The notes: generated from the letters alone by a model not told the origin. 64,000 nt of DNA from an uncultured delta proteobacterium (GCA_963729715.1 CAVSPA010000006.1:135748-199747); one strand, 5' to 3'; positions 38,014-48,962 are shown, counted from the stretch's first letter. Translations and numbers: made by a program.

Positions 38014-39939
38014 ATGGGTAAGATTATAGGGATTGATTTAGGGACGACAAATTCATGTGTAGCAATTATGGAAGGAGGAGATCCCGTTGTAATAGCAAAT
38101 CAGGAAGGAAGCAGGACCACGCCTTCCATGGTGGCGTTTACAGATAGTGGTGAGAGGCTGGTCGGTCAAGTTGCCAAGCGACAGGCCGTAACCAATCCGG
38201 AAAATACCGTTTATGCCATAAAGAGGCTCATAGGGAGGAAGTTTTCCTCCAAAGAGGTTCAGTACGATAAATCGGTATGTCCTTACAGGATTACGGAGGC
38301 GCCCAACGGTGATGCCCAAGTGACCATAAAAGGACGGAATTACAGCCCGGCGGAAATATCAGCTTTTATTCTTATGAAGATGAAACAGACAGCGGAGGAT
38401 TACCTTGGAGAGAAAGTAACCGATGCGGTTATTACGGTGCCCGCGTACTTCAATGACTCTCAGAGGCAGGCTACGAAAGATGCAGGAAGAGTTGCCGGAT
38501 TGAATGTGCTCAGAATCATCAATGAACCGACGGCAGCAGCCCTTGCATACGGTCTTGATAAGAAAAAAGATGAAAAGATTGCCGTGTTCGACCTTGGCGG
38601 CGGGACGTTTGATATTTCCATCCTCGAGCTAGGAGACGGCGTTTTTGAAGTCAAGTCGACGAACGGAGATACCCATTTAGGTGGTGAAGACTTTGACCAG
38701 CGACTAATGGAATATATTGCCGTGGAATTCAAGAATGATTACGGTATTGATCTGCGTAATGACAGGATGGCCCTCCAGAGGATTAAGGAGGCGGCAGAAA
38801 AGGCGAAAATGGAACTTTCCACCGTTATGGAAACAGATATAAACCTTCCATTTATAACTGCCGATGCGTCAGGGCCTAAACATTTGACGATGAAATTGAC
38901 GAGAGCCAAGCTGGAATCTCTGATTGAGGACCTGATCGAAAAAACAGTAGGACCCTGCAGAACCGCGCTTAAGGACGCAAACCTGACGGCAAAAGACATC
39001 AATGAGGTTATTCTCGTTGGCGGTATGACCCGTATGCCCAGGGTTCAGCAGAAGGTTAAAGAGATATTTGAGAAGGAACCCCACAAAGGGGTGAACCCTG
39101 ATGAAGTGGTGGCAGTCGGCGCTGCTATCCAGGCGGGCGTCCTGGCAGGTGATGTTAAAGATGTCCTCCTTTTGGATGTGACACCCCTGTCTCTCGGAAT
39201 TGAGACCCTCGGTGGCGTGATGACGAGGCTGATCGAGAAGAATACCACCATTCCAACCCGGAAGAGCCAGATCTTTTCTACAGCTGCGGATAATCAGCCT
39301 GCCGTTAGCATTCACGTCCTGCAAGGTGAGAGGTCCATGGCGGCTGACAGCAGAACCCTGGGAAGATTTGAACTGGTAGGAATACCGCCCGCGCCGAGAG
39401 GTATGCCTCAGATTGAGGTGACCTTCGATATCGACGCCAACGGGATAGTTCATGTATCGGCAAAAGACCTTGGGACAGGCAAAGAGCAGAGCATCAAGAT
39501 TACTGCATCGAGCGGTTTGACTGAAGCAGAGATACAGAAACTGGTGAGAGAAGCGGAGGCTCATGGAGAGGAAGATAAGAAAAAGAAGGAGCTTATCGAG
39601 GCCAGAAATCAGGCGGATTCCATGGCATACAGCGCAGAGAAGAATGTCAAAGAATTCGGGGATAAGATTGATGCCACAGAAAAGGCACGTATCGAAGATG
39701 CCATTGCCAGAGTAAGGAAGGTCATCGAAGGGGATGACATTAACGCCATCAAGAGCGCCCAGGAAGAACTGACGAACGCATCACATAAGCTTGCTGAGGC
39801 CATGTATGCAAAGGCTTCAGCCTCACAGGCAGGCGCTGGCGCAGGTCCAGGGGCGCACGGAGGGCCCGCCGGTGAACAGCCGGGCGCGAGCAAGAAGGAT
39901 GAGGATGTGGTTGACGCTGACTTTGAAGACGTGAAATAA
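38014..39939 (+). CDS. dnaK: molecular chaperone DnaK (Hsp70)
   Basis: [27 protein letters not shown]...[12 protein letters not shown]...[14 protein letters not shown]. Confidence 0.95.
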   Translation: MGKIIGIDLGTTNSCVAIMEGGDPVVIANQEGSRTTPSMVAFTDSGERLVGQVAKRQAVTNPENTVYAIKRLIGRKFSSKEVQYDKSVCPYRITEAPNGDAQVTIKGRNYSPAEISAFILMKMKQTAEDYLGEKVTDAVITVPAYFNDSQRQATKDAGRVAGLNVLRIINEPTAAALAYGLDKKKDEKIAVFDLGGGTFDISILELGDGVFEVKSTNGDTHLGGEDFDQRLMEYIAVEFKNDYGIDLRNDRMALQRIKEAAEKAKMELSTVMETDINLPFITADASGPKHLTMKLTRAKLESLIEDLIEKTVGPCRTALKDANLTAKDINEVILVGGMTRMPRVQQKVKEIFEKEPHKGVNPDEVVAVGAAIQAGVLAGDVKDVLLLDVTPLSLGIETLGGVMTRLIEKNTTIPTRKSQIFSTAADNQPAVSIHVLQGERSMAADSRTLGRFELVGIPPAPRGMPQIEVTFDIDANGIVHVSAKDLGTGKEQSIKITASSGLTEAEIQKLVREAEAHGEEDKKKKELIEARNQADSMAYSAEKNVKEFGDKIDATEKARIEDAIARVRKVIEGDDINAIKSAQEELTNASHKLAEAMYAKASASQAGAGAGPGAHGGPAGEQPGASKKDEDVVDADFEDVK

Positions 39940-39954
39940 TTACTGTGGTTCTCC

Positions 39955-39996
39955 ATGCCCGGGATTCATCACTGTGGATTCCCGGGCATTTTTTTG
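39955..39996 (+). terminator. rho-independent terminator after dnaK
   Basis: ATGCCCGGGATTCATCACTGTGGATTCCCGGGCAT followed by TTTTTTT. Confidence 0.7.
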
Positions 39997-40084
39997 TGCA
40001 TTTTTTTGTCGACGGACGATCTCCTTTCATATAAAATATACTGAGCGAGCGGATACTTGAGCCTCAAATTCTCGTGGTGACTAT

Positions 40085-41308
40085 ATGGGAGAAAAAAAAC
40101 ATTTTAAAAGATGGTTGATTTTGTCTCTCGTCCTGATGCCCTTTCTTTGGGATGTCCTCGCAGTGTTTCCCGCAGGGGCAGGAGCAAAGGGTTCTGTTGT
40201 TTCTATACCGGTTGACCGTTACGCGATCGGCTGTGTCCTGCCGCTATCGGGGCGAAACGCGGCCGCCGGGAACAGGGCTCTGGATGCCATTGTTCTAGCA
40301 TCCGGTCTATTCGATCCCATAGCCAAGACACCGATCAAGCTTATCATAGAAGATTCGCAAAGTCAGCCGGAAACAGCTAGGGCCGCCGTAGCAAAACTGG
40401 CTATCCAGGAAGGCGTGATCTGTATTCTCGGTCCCCTCGGCGCTGATGAGTCTCTGTATGCCGCCAGAGAGGCTCAGAGGTTGAAAGTCCCTATAATAAC
40501 CCTCACCCTGAGAGAGGGGATTATCGATGCAGGAAATTACGTCTTCCGTTCGTATCTAACTAATCGCGTGCAGATCGTTTCACTGGTTCAATATGCAATC
40601 CAGAAAATGGGCTTGGCCAGATTTGCGGTGCTTTACCCGGAAGATGATTACGGCCGCGAGATGGAAAAACTGTTCCGGGAAGAGATTCTGCGGAGGAAAG
40701 GAGAAATCCTGAAGGTCACTTCTTACCAGACGACCGAGACGGATTTTGCAGACGAGATCAAATCAATAAGCGATTTAAATAAGAACCCGCCGGCTGCTAA
40801 AGAAGGCGAAGGCCCAAGAGACGGGAACAAGCCTGACCTCGGTTTTGACGCTCTTTTTATTCCAGATTCCCCTGGTCGGATAAGCATGATCGTTCCCCAA
40901 TTGGCTTTTCATGATGTCAAGGGCATTAGACTGCTTGGCACAAGTGACTGGGATGCGCCGGAAATTTTGAAGGCAGGCAGCGAATTACTGGAAGGAGCCA
41001 TTTTCGTAAACGCCTTTTCTCCAAACAGCTTTTATCCCGAGGTGAATGACTTCACCGACATTTACTATACCAACTACAGCCGGGAACCGGACGCTTTGGA
41101 GGCGCTCGCCTACGATGCGGCCGGCATCATCGTAAAAATTCTCAGGGAGGACGGCGTCAAGACGAGAGATCAATTCAGAAAGAGCCTGCTCGATGTGAGG
41201 GATTACCGTGGCGTGACGGGTAGAACGTCATTTTCAGGGATGCGAGACGCCCGGAAAGAAGTTTTTGTCTTGACGATAAAGGATGGTCAGATCGTCCAGA
41301 TCAAATAG
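40085..41308 (+). CDS. periplasmic type-1 (LivK-like) solute-binding protein
   Basis: Signal peptide, then ...IGCVLPLSGRNAAAGNRALDAIVLA...LGPLGADESLYAAREAQRLKVPIITL. No permease gene is adjacent. Confidence 0.65.
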   Translation: MGEKKHFKRWLILSLVLMPFLWDVLAVFPAGAGAKGSVVSIPVDRYAIGCVLPLSGRNAAAGNRALDAIVLASGLFDPIAKTPIKLIIEDSQSQPETARAAVAKLAIQEGVICILGPLGADESLYAAREAQRLKVPIITLTLREGIIDAGNYVFRSYLTNRVQIVSLVQYAIQKMGLARFAVLYPEDDYGREMEKLFREEILRRKGEILKVTSYQTTETDFADEIKSISDLNKNPPAAKEGEGPRDGNKPDLGFDALFIPDSPGRISMIVPQLAFHDVKGIRLLGTSDWDAPEILKAGSELLEGAIFVNAFSPNSFYPEVNDFTDIYYTNYSREPDALEALAYDAAGIIVKILREDGVKTRDQFRKSLLDVRDYRGVTGRTSFSGMRDARKEVFVLTIKDGQIVQIK

Positions 41309-41324
41309 GTGTGGGAGAAGTTTT

Positions 41325-42089
41325 ATGAGGTTTCTTCTTACAAATGATGACGGCATATATGCAAGGGGACTGGGCGCCCTCTATCAGGAGCTCTCCAAGG
41401 ACGCAGATTGTCTCATCGTCGCGCCGGAGGTTGAACAGAGCGCGGTGGGACATGCGATCACGCTTTTCCGGCCCCTCATGGTACGGGCCGTAAAAAAAGA
41501 AGGAAGCTTTGTCGGATACGCCGTGAAAGGGACGCCGGCGGATTGTGTCAAGATCGGGATTAGGGAATTATCAGACAAACCAGTTGACCTAGTCGTGTCG
41601 GGGATCAATTTGGGCGCTAATGTGGGGACCAATGTGATCTATTCGGGGACCGTTTCAGCGGCGACCGAGGGGATCATCATGGGAATTCCGTCCATGGCGA
41701 TTTCTTTGGACACTCATAGAAATGCCGATTTTTCATTCGCCGCCCGATTTGCCCGAAAGATTGCGGCATTCATGCTGAAAGACAATCCCATAAAAGACTT
41801 CGCCATGAACATAAATATCCCGGCTGTTCCCGAAGAGGAGATCAAAGGGGTTATTGTGGCAAAGCAGGGCAGGGCACGGCTCATAGAGAGTTTTGAAAAA
41901 AGGATGGATCCAAGAGACAACATCTATTACTGGCTTGCCGGGGAAACCAAGCTCTCCGATGGAGAGGAAGTGGACTCCGATGCCTGCGCACTTCGCCACC
42001 ACATGATTTCCATAACACCTATCTATTATGATTTGACCCGGCACGACGTCCTGGCTGAGCTGAGCGAGAAAATCAGACAGAAGTTTTGA
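41325..42089 (+). CDS. surE: 5'/3'-nucleotidase SurE
   Basis: MRFLLTNDDGIYARGL...VVSGINLGANVGTNVIYSGTVSAATEG. The track start at 41283 overlaps the preceding gene. Confidence 0.85.
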   Translation: MRFLLTNDDGIYARGLGALYQELSKDADCLIVAPEVEQSAVGHAITLFRPLMVRAVKKEGSFVGYAVKGTPADCVKIGIRELSDKPVDLVVSGINLGANVGTNVIYSGTVSAATEGIIMGIPSMAISLDTHRNADFSFAARFARKIAAFMLKDNPIKDFAMNINIPAVPEEEIKGVIVAKQGRARLIESFEKRMDPRDNIYYWLAGETKLSDGEEVDSDACALRHHMISITPIYYDLTRHDVLAELSEKIRQKF

Positions 42090-42140
42090 TTGTCAGAACG
42101 CATGTGAGATGCATTAGCGTCGCCGCAAAACGCTTGCCGG

Positions 42141-42983
42141 TTATCGCGTGAGCAAGACGGGGATTGTGCTCTTGCGGATGACAGTTGAAGTGGTGCTGCC
42201 GAGAATCAGTTCCCTCAGCATGTTGTGGCCGTAGGCCCCCATGACCATTAATTCAACGGAACCTTCCTTGATGAACTTGATAATTTCACGGTCTTCCTTG
42301 CCTCTGAGAATGACGATGGCGCTGTCAATCTTCAAAGGTTCGAGAAAGTCCTCTACTTTTTTTGAAAGGCTTGCCCCCAGCTCATGATTATCCGTGATGA
42401 TAATGACAGTGAGAGGCCAGGCGGTCTGCTCGGATAATTCTGCCGCAAGCTTTAAGGCCTTGTCTGCCGGCGCGCTACTGTCGTATGCGAGCCCCACGCT
42501 CTCGATTTCCTGGAAGACTGCGGGTGTCACCATGACCGGCTTTCCTGAATTTCGCACGACTGATTCCGCAACAGAGCCCAGTATGCTGCCTCCGCTCGAA
42601 TGGAAATGTTCGCCTCTCTGGGATATGAGTATCCAGTCGGCGTTACCGCCCTCTTCAATAATCATTTGATCGATGACGCCCATGGCTTTCTTTATCTCAG
42701 GATGCAATCCTGCCTGTTCACACCTTGTTTTGAAGGCCTGCAAAACAATTTCCGCCCTTTCATCAAAACCGCCCTGCAATACCGGAAGAAATTCCTGGTA
42801 AGGCGGAAGGCCGACAGAACCTGAAATATCTGTAAATACCGGCCCCTGCAGCAACCTGATATCAACCACATGGAGACCGATCAATTGCGCATTAAGGCGC
42901 GTGGCTATATATATGCCGTATTCGATGGCGGTCTTGCCGTAATCGGAACCATCAGTCGGGATCAGGATCTTTTTTGCGATCAT
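42141..42983 (-). CDS. tandem universal stress protein (UspA x2)
   Basis: Two Usp domains, each ending with an ...MGAYGH... or ...GSV...V.R...PVL motif. Confidence 0.8.
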   Translation of the reverse strand: MIAKKILIPTDGSDYGKTAIEYGIYIATRLNAQLIGLHVVDIRLLQGPVFTDISGSVGLPPYQEFLPVLQGGFDERAEIVLQAFKTRCEQAGLHPEIKKAMGVIDQMIIEEGGNADWILISQRGEHFHSSGGSILGSVAESVVRNSGKPVMVTPAVFQEIESVGLAYDSSAPADKALKLAAELSEQTAWPLTVIIITDNHELGASLSKKVEDFLEPLKIDSAIVILRGKEDREIIKFIKEGSVELMVMGAYGHNMLRELILGSTTSTVIRKSTIPVLLTR

Positions 42984-43675
42984 TTACCCTTCTGCTCCTT
43001 TTCGAAGTTTGCCAGGTTCCTGAAGAGATCATCGACCATCTTTCCCTTCTCTCTCAAGTTGTCCTCTTCCGCGAATGTAGATGGTTCTTTTTCCTGGCCG
43101 TTTTCCCGATTTACCGGATCGTCTATGTCGAAAGACAGAAACTTTCCTTCCAGCTTCCCGTTCCTGAATGTTGACTTCTCCTTAGTCCTGCCGTTTTTAT
43201 AGTAGGCTATATACGCCCCGTCCCGTTTGTCGTTTACAAAGCTGCCCTTTTCTTTGACCTGACCATTCTTGTAATAACATATGTAATCGCCGTCCAGCTT
43301 GCCGTCTTTAAAATTTTCTATTTCTCGCGTCTGGCCTGTTGTAAAAAAAAGTGTATATCTTCCGTCCAGCTTGCCGTCTTTGTAGTTCTCCCTCTCTCTT
43401 ACCTGGCCGTTCTCATGATAAGAGACATATTCTCCATGCAGCTTATCATTCTTGAATGTACATTTTTCCCTGATCTGACCATCCCTGTGATAGGAAACAG
43501 CATCCCCATCTCTTCTGCCGTTACGAAAGTACAGATGGGCCATGACCTTCCCGTTGCCATAATAGGAGGTGTACTCACCTTCCAATTTTCCATTGAGGGT
43601 GAACGTCTTCTCCCTTATCTGGCCTTTTTCATCGGAGGATACTTCTTCCTTGATTTCATCCTTGGAAGACAACAT
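42980..43675 (-). CDS. MORN-repeat protein (YwqK-like)
   Basis: Eight or more repeats of the Y..G....G.....NG...G form (e.g. YYGNGKVMAHLYFRNGRRDGDAVSYHRDGQIREKCTFKNDKLHGEY). It overlaps the uspA start by 4 nt. Confidence 0.7.
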   Translation of the reverse strand: MLSSKDEIKEEVSSDEKGQIREKTFTLNGKLEGEYTSYYGNGKVMAHLYFRNGRRDGDAVSYHRDGQIREKCTFKNDKLHGEYVSYHENGQVRERENYKDGKLDGRYTLFFTTGQTREIENFKDGKLDGDYICYYKNGQVKEKGSFVNDKRDGAYIAYYKNGRTKEKSTFRNGKLEGKFLSFDIDDPVNRENGQEKEPSTFAEEDNLREKGKMVDDLFRNLANFEKEQKGK

Positions 43676-43812
43676 GTGCAGTCCTTATGTGAGAGAATAG
43701 TTATCTTCTCTTGCAGTTCTGATGCTGTTATCTGCTACCTTAATGTCTTGACGGTCTTTCTGTCAAGGACACTTATGTCCGCGTCCCTTATTTTTCCCTC
43801 GTGTCAGATATC

Positions 43813-44508
43813 TCATAGTTTTCTCCCTTTTGTGGCGATGTCCTCCAGGATTGTGCGATCCAGTATCCTCATGCGTGAACCGTCCGATCTAATTACTCCC
43901 TGCCTGCCCATTTTGCCGAGGATACGGGACAGCGTTTCCGGGATTGTACCTAAGATAGAGGCCAACTGCCCTTTGGAGATATCGAGATCGAATTCGTCTT
44001 TATTGGAAGACCTCTTGCTTGCATAGAGAAGATAAGCTGCCAGGCGCCCGGGTACCTCCTTCAAGGAAAGGTCCTCGATCAGCGCCGCAAATCTTCGGAG
44101 ACGCCACGACAGTAGTGCCAGCATGTTGAGAGACAGTGAAGGGTCTTTTTTGACAAGCTCGATAAATGAGTTTCCGGGAAAGTATACGAGGGAGGAATTG
44201 ATATTGGCCTCCGCGTGCGCCGGATATTCCTGGCCGGTAAAAACAGGCACCTCGCCAAATATCTCTCCGGTTCCCATCATGTGGAGGATCTGTTCTTTCC
44301 CTTCCGGTGAGAGTTTAAATATCTTCACCCTGCCGGAAATGATCGCATAAAAGCCCACGCCTTCATCACCTTCGGAGAAGATTGTCTGGCCTTTTTTGTA
44401 AGAGCGGTTTACCGCGATTCTGGCCAGAGCCTCATGCTGCCCTCGTGACAGTCCTTCGAAAAGAGGGATGGTGACAATGTGATCGAGCAGCTTCATGGGA
44501 ATCCTCAT
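43813..44508 (-). CDS. Crp/Fnr-family transcriptional regulator (HcpR-like)
   Basis: cNMP-binding fold plus C-terminal HTH ISKGQLASILGTIPETLSRILGKM. Confidence 0.8.
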   Translation of the reverse strand: MRIPMKLLDHIVTIPLFEGLSRGQHEALARIAVNRSYKKGQTIFSEGDEGVGFYAIISGRVKIFKLSPEGKEQILHMMGTGEIFGEVPVFTGQEYPAHAEANINSSLVYFPGNSFIELVKKDPSLSLNMLALLSWRLRRFAALIEDLSLKEVPGRLAAYLLYASKRSSNKDEFDLDISKGQLASILGTIPETLSRILGKMGRQGVIRSDGSRMRILDRTILEDIATKGRKL

Positions 44509-44616
44509 TGTAAACCTATCGGTCCTTTTTGTTTGCGACTCTTTTTTGACTTGGGGTCATTATAATGCAATAAATTGTTGCCCAAAAGGAAAAAATAGAA
44601 AATAAAGTTAAAAAAA

Positions 44617-44630
44617 TTGACTTTTGTCAA
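44617..44630. promoter_or_regulatory. Crp/Fnr-type palindrome TTGAC-TTTT-GTCAA in the divergent promoter region
   Basis: Perfect 5-4-5 inverted repeat between the regulator gene (start 44508, minus) and the ferredoxin gene (44724, plus). Confidence 0.5.
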
Positions 44631-44723
44631 TGCGTGAAGAAATGAAGACGAGTATATTAAAGGAAATTTCGCAAGAACTGAAGACGACGTTCAGCGGGAA
44701 TTTCGGAAGATAGGGGGGAATTT

Positions 44724-45479
44724 ATGAGGAAGCACAGAAAGATCATTAAGATTGACGAGAAGAAATGTGACGGCTGCGGTTTATGTGTTCCTGCCTGCGC
44801 CGAGGGCGCTATCCAGATAAGGGATGGCAAGGCTAAATTAGTGGCGGAGATATATTGCGATGGCTTGGGGGCCTGTCTGGGTGAGTGTCCCAGGGGCGCC
44901 CTCAAAATTATTGAACGTGAGGCGGATGACTTTGACGAGGCGGCCGTGGAGGAGCGCCTGAAATCCCAAGAAACAGGGCCGGTACCCGAAGCGCCGACCA
45001 TGGCTTGCGGATGCCCGTCTTCGCAAATCATCAGTTTTGCATCGCTACAGCCGAACGGGAAAGCAAGTAAGACCGTCGCACAGGAAGGTATCGCTTCGGC
45101 CCTCTCGCACTGGCCGGTTCAGATCCGGCTCGTACCGCCGACTGCCCCGTTTCTAAAGAAAGCAGACCTTCTGGTTGTGGCGGATTGTACGCCTGTTGCC
45201 TATCCGCGGCTGCACGAGGACTTCATGAAAGGCAGGGTAGTCCTTATGGGCTGTCCGAAATTCGATGAAACGGATATGTACGTTCATAGATTTGCGCAGG
45301 TATTCAAGGAGGCGGATATCAGGAGCATAACTGTGCTTGTCATGGAAGTGCCGTGCTGCCAAGGACTTCCCGAAATCATACGCAAAGGGATGAATATGGC
45401 CGGCAAAAATATCTCCTTGGAAAAAGTGGTTATCGGTAGAACAGGAGAGGTCTTGAAAAGGGAATCTCTCAAAGGATGA
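44724..45479 (+). CDS. 4Fe-4S ferredoxin-domain protein (frdX-like)
   Basis: CDGCGLCVPACAEGAI...CDGLGACLGECPRGAL, then a conserved ...ADCTPVAY...GCPKFD...MEVPCCQGL module. Confidence 0.7.
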   Translation: MRKHRKIIKIDEKKCDGCGLCVPACAEGAIQIRDGKAKLVAEIYCDGLGACLGECPRGALKIIEREADDFDEAAVEERLKSQETGPVPEAPTMACGCPSSQIISFASLQPNGKASKTVAQEGIASALSHWPVQIRLVPPTAPFLKKADLLVVADCTPVAYPRLHEDFMKGRVVLMGCPKFDETDMYVHRFAQVFKEADIRSITVLVMEVPCCQGLPEIIRKGMNMAGKNISLEKVVIGRTGEVLKRESLKG

Positions 45480-45488
45480 TATCTTTTA

Positions 45489-46025
45489 TCACTTTTTCTC
45501 CTTTTCATCCCGTAATCTTTTAAAAGCAAAGACCATCTTGCGGAAATCTCTTCTCAAGGCGGGGTCGCCAAGCTGTTCATCATCTATTACTGGTATCAGA
45601 GAAAAGTGTTTGATGAAGGCTCCCCCAAATATACCGGGTACTGTACTGCACTTTTCGCCGGATGTTGAAAAAATTGTAACGCCCCGTATCGCCGAGCTCG
45701 GTGATTTGCTTTTAAAAATAAATCCGCAGAGGTCCTCTTTTTCGAGTTTCGCAAGTTTCTTTTCTGTCCATTTCATCATTCCGTCGGTGTGGTCGATACC
45801 CGTAGAAATCGTTACGAGGCGCGGCTTTTCCGGGTCGCCAACTAGGTGCATGGGTTCTCGCGGTATTCCGAGTCCGTATTCAACCTCCGGGCAGACAGGC
45901 ATCCATGCAAAATATTTTCCCAAGGAATCTGTTATGTAGCGATTGTGCCGGTGTCCCCCATCGTATCTTACTTTCTTTCCCAGGAGGCAGGGGCTTATTC
46001 CTACACGTGGTTTTTTCACAGTCAT
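45489..46025 (-). CDS. DUF523-domain protein (TudS thiouracil desulfidase-like)
   Basis: MTVKKPRVGISPCLLGKKVRYDGG...MPVCPEVEYGLG..., Cys motifs of DUF523. Confidence 0.65.
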   Translation of the reverse strand: MTVKKPRVGISPCLLGKKVRYDGGHRHNRYITDSLGKYFAWMPVCPEVEYGLGIPREPMHLVGDPEKPRLVTISTGIDHTDGMMKWTEKKLAKLEKEDLCGFIFKSKSPSSAIRGVTIFSTSGEKCSTVPGIFGGAFIKHFSLIPVIDDEQLGDPALRRDFRKMVFAFKRLRDEKEKK

Positions 46026-46221
46026 AATAAGGCGCTCTCTGAAGAAAGATTAGAGTCGATAGGCATTTGACTTTCATGTCATATTTTTTGACTGAGCAAT
46101 TATCAAAGAGTAACTGCACCCTGTCAATATGAAAATCATTGTAACTTTCATCGATGTTGACAAAGAGATCAACTTTTTTATAAGATATATTCTATTGTAA
46201 TTGAACTTAGGAGGCGCAACA

Positions 46222-46956
46222 ATGTTGATTAAAAGAGCCGTCGGTATTATTTTAGTGGTTACTGCCTTTGCCATCGTTCTCGGATGTGCAAGCTACGAAT
46301 CGAAGGTAGTGCCCTTCAAAATGCCCGCAGCCTACCCCAATGCAAAGGAAGTTGCAGGGGCAACCATCGCCGCCCAGGCCTATAGCGACAAGAAAGAAGC
46401 AGAGGACGCTTTTGGATTTGATATCATCGGTGCGGGTTTGATGCCTGTGAGGATCATTTTTGATAACAAGGGGAAGCACCCGATTGATATAGTGGCCAAT
46501 CAAACGTACCTGGTCGATGCAGATAATAACCTCTGGCCCGTGCTCGAGGATAGGATGGCATACGATCGCATACAGAAGAAAACGGAGTTCGGAAAGGTGG
46601 CCCCGGAAGCAGGAAAATACGGGGTGCTGGGCGGCATTGCCGGCGGCGTCATCGGCGCGGCAATAGGCATTGTATCCGGCCATAATGTCGCTGATGCGGC
46701 AATGAAAGGGGCGGCCTTGGGCGCGGCCGCTGGGATCACGGGCGGTGGCTTAAAGGGAATGAGCGATACCGATGTTCAGTCACAAATCAGATCGGACCTC
46801 GAAAAAAGGTCCCTCGAACGCCGTTCCGTCATGCCCGGAGAAATTGCGCAGGGGTTCATATTCTTCCCGGGCGAATCGAAAAAGGCTGTCGAGCTGCGGC
46901 TGCAGATCAAAGAGGCTGATACGGGGAAAAGCTATCCGCTCGTCATGAAATTTTAG
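46222..46956 (+). CDS. lipoprotein with Gly-rich TM-like segment, hypothetical
   Basis: AGGAGG RBS. MLIKRAVGIILVVTAFAIVLGC lipobox. The track start at 46201 precedes the RBS. Confidence 0.6.
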   Translation: MLIKRAVGIILVVTAFAIVLGCASYESKVVPFKMPAAYPNAKEVAGATIAAQAYSDKKEAEDAFGFDIIGAGLMPVRIIFDNKGKHPIDIVANQTYLVDADNNLWPVLEDRMAYDRIQKKTEFGKVAPEAGKYGVLGGIAGGVIGAAIGIVSGHNVADAAMKGAALGAAAGITGGGLKGMSDTDVQSQIRSDLEKRSLERRSVMPGEIAQGFIFFPGESKKAVELRLQIKEADTGKSYPLVMKF

Positions 46957-48486
46957 ATTGTTCAATGACGCATTCATGAGAATCCTCCCCTCTATGCGGG
47001 GGGAGATGGGAGAATGCTTTTCGAGATAGGAAACGAGAACATCTCTCAGAGCCGTGCCGTACGTAAAATTCTTCCCTTCCTTGAAGGGCGAAAATGCATC
47101 TCCGCCGGCGGCAAGGTAATCGATTGTCGTTACCGTATAGATCTTTTCAGGAGCTAAGGATCGTCTTCCTATATGTACTTCCCGAACCCGGGAGCCCGCC
47201 GGTTCAGATAGATCGTACCTTATTTCCATGCCCGAAACCTGCAGGATGCCATGCTCCAGCTTCGCGTTCTGCTCGAGGATTTCCAGGATTTGCTTTCCTG
47301 TAAGTTTCATAGTGACAAGGCTGTTATCGAACGGCAAAAGCGTGAAGACCTGCTCCATCGTAATTCTCCCTTTTGGGATATTGTTCCTGATAGCGCCACT
47401 GTTGATGAAGGCCATATCCGCGCCTGTCCTCTTCCGCATGACGTCGCATATAAGATTTCCTATGTTGGATTCTCGCTGGTGATACCTTACCAGAGGAACG
47501 GAAGTCTCACCGACAACTTTGCCGTATTCTTTCTCTATCCGGCCATAATAGGCTTGAACGATTTTTGCCAACTCCTTATCATATGGCCTGTCCCTGCCTG
47601 CCATAACTTTTTCGAGCTCTTTCTCTTCCGTATGGCTGATGATCTTCCCGGTATCGGGATCTATCTTGAGTTTTAAGACGCCGAGATATAATCCGTAGGC
47701 GCCCGCCTGGACGATTATTGTGTTCCCAGCCGCCACGGGATTCTCCAATGCCGTGTGACTGTGTCCGCCCACAATGATATGGATGCCGGAAGTTCGCTGA
47801 GCCAAGTCTTTGTCGGCGTCTAATCCGAGGTGGGAAAGGACGATGATGATTACGGCCCCTTCGTCCTTTGCCTTTTCTATGAACCGGGGAAGAACGTCTT
47901 CGGGCCTATCAACGGTCATGTGTTTAAGGCGGCCAGGTGCCGTGATGCGCGGAACTTCGGGCGTGGTCATGCCTATAATCGCGATTTTCACTTTCTTTCT
48001 TTCGACTATAATGTATGGCTTAACACCTGGGAGATATCTGCCTCTTTCATCCTTTATATTTGCGGAGAGATAGGGAAATCTGGACCAAGAGACAAGCTGC
48101 CGGAGAGTATCCATTCCCCAATCGAATTCGTGATTCCCGATGGCCATCGCATCGAACTTCAGAAAGTTCATCACATCTGCCACGGATCGGCCCTTGAAGA
48201 GGTTGGAGACGGGCGTTCCTTGGAACATGTCCCCAGCGGAAAGCAGCAAAATGCCGTCAGGATTTTTTGACCGCTCTTCCTCGATCATACGGGCGAGATA
48301 GGCGGCGCCTCCGACCATTTGCCTTTCACCTGAAGTTTCTTCAATATAAGGCAGAATGCGGCCGTGCGTATCGTTTATATGGAGGATCGTTAAATCGACA
48401 GGCACAGCTTCCTTCGCGAGAAGGGCCGGTGGAAAGGAAAAAATGAGAAGCGAAAGAAGGATAATTATCCTCGCCATCCTTTTCAT
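46780..48486 (-). CDS. periplasmic bifunctional metallophosphatase/5'-nucleotidase (UshA-like)
   Basis: Signal peptide MKRMARIIILLSLLIFSFPPALLA. LHINDTHGRI, GNHEFDWG and GGHSHT metallophosphatase motifs, plus a 5'-nucleotidase C-terminal domain. The last ~60 codons overlap the convergent lipoprotein gene antisense. Confidence 0.8.
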   Translation of the reverse strand: MKRMARIIILLSLLIFSFPPALLAKEAVPVDLTILHINDTHGRILPYIEETSGERQMVGGAAYLARMIEEERSKNPDGILLLSAGDMFQGTPVSNLFKGRSVADVMNFLKFDAMAIGNHEFDWGMDTLRQLVSWSRFPYLSANIKDERGRYLPGVKPYIIVERKKVKIAIIGMTTPEVPRITAPGRLKHMTVDRPEDVLPRFIEKAKDEGAVIIIVLSHLGLDADKDLAQRTSGIHIIVGGHSHTALENPVAAGNTIIVQAGAYGLYLGVLKLKIDPDTGKIISHTEEKELEKVMAGRDRPYDKELAKIVQAYYGRIEKEYGKVVGETSVPLVRYHQRESNIGNLICDVMRKRTGADMAFINSGAIRNNIPKGRITMEQVFTLLPFDNSLVTMKLTGKQILEILEQNAKLEHGILQVSGMEIRYDLSEPAGSRVREVHIGRRSLAPEKIYTVTTIDYLAAGGDAFSPFKEGKNFTYGTALRDVLVSYLEKHSPISPRIEGRILMNASLNNLKFHDERIAFPRISLFDLQPQLDSLFRFAREEYEPLRNFSGHDGTAFEGPFFEVRSDL

Positions 48487-48962
48487 AAGGAAACCTCTGA
48501 AATCTTTTGAGTCCGTCTTCGCCCGTATCATGTGTAGATCCTTATCTAAGAAATAAAGAAATGTTATCCAACATATCCAGCCCATCGCGATGTTGCAAGC
48601 CCTAAAGTAACAGCTTTTTACGAAGTTATTAGTTATATAATCCTGAAAAATGAAGGTAATAATAAGTAATAATTTGTAACTTTTTGTATTGCAATGTTGC
48701 TCTCATTGTGTATAATGTCATGCCACAAGGATATGAAGAACGAAGTCCATGTTCATTCTGGGCGGGAAAAGCACGAAATCTTCAATGAAGAATCCTGGGG
48801 AAGCACCTTCTGTGCTTTTCTTTCATAACGCAAGAGAGTTTAACAAAACCGTATTAATGCTGTCATGAAGCTGTAAGACTCTGAGAGTATATTGACCGCA
48901 AAGGAATGATCGTTCCACAAATTATGCCCGGGAAAGATCATTAAATAATAGGAAGGGAGGAG

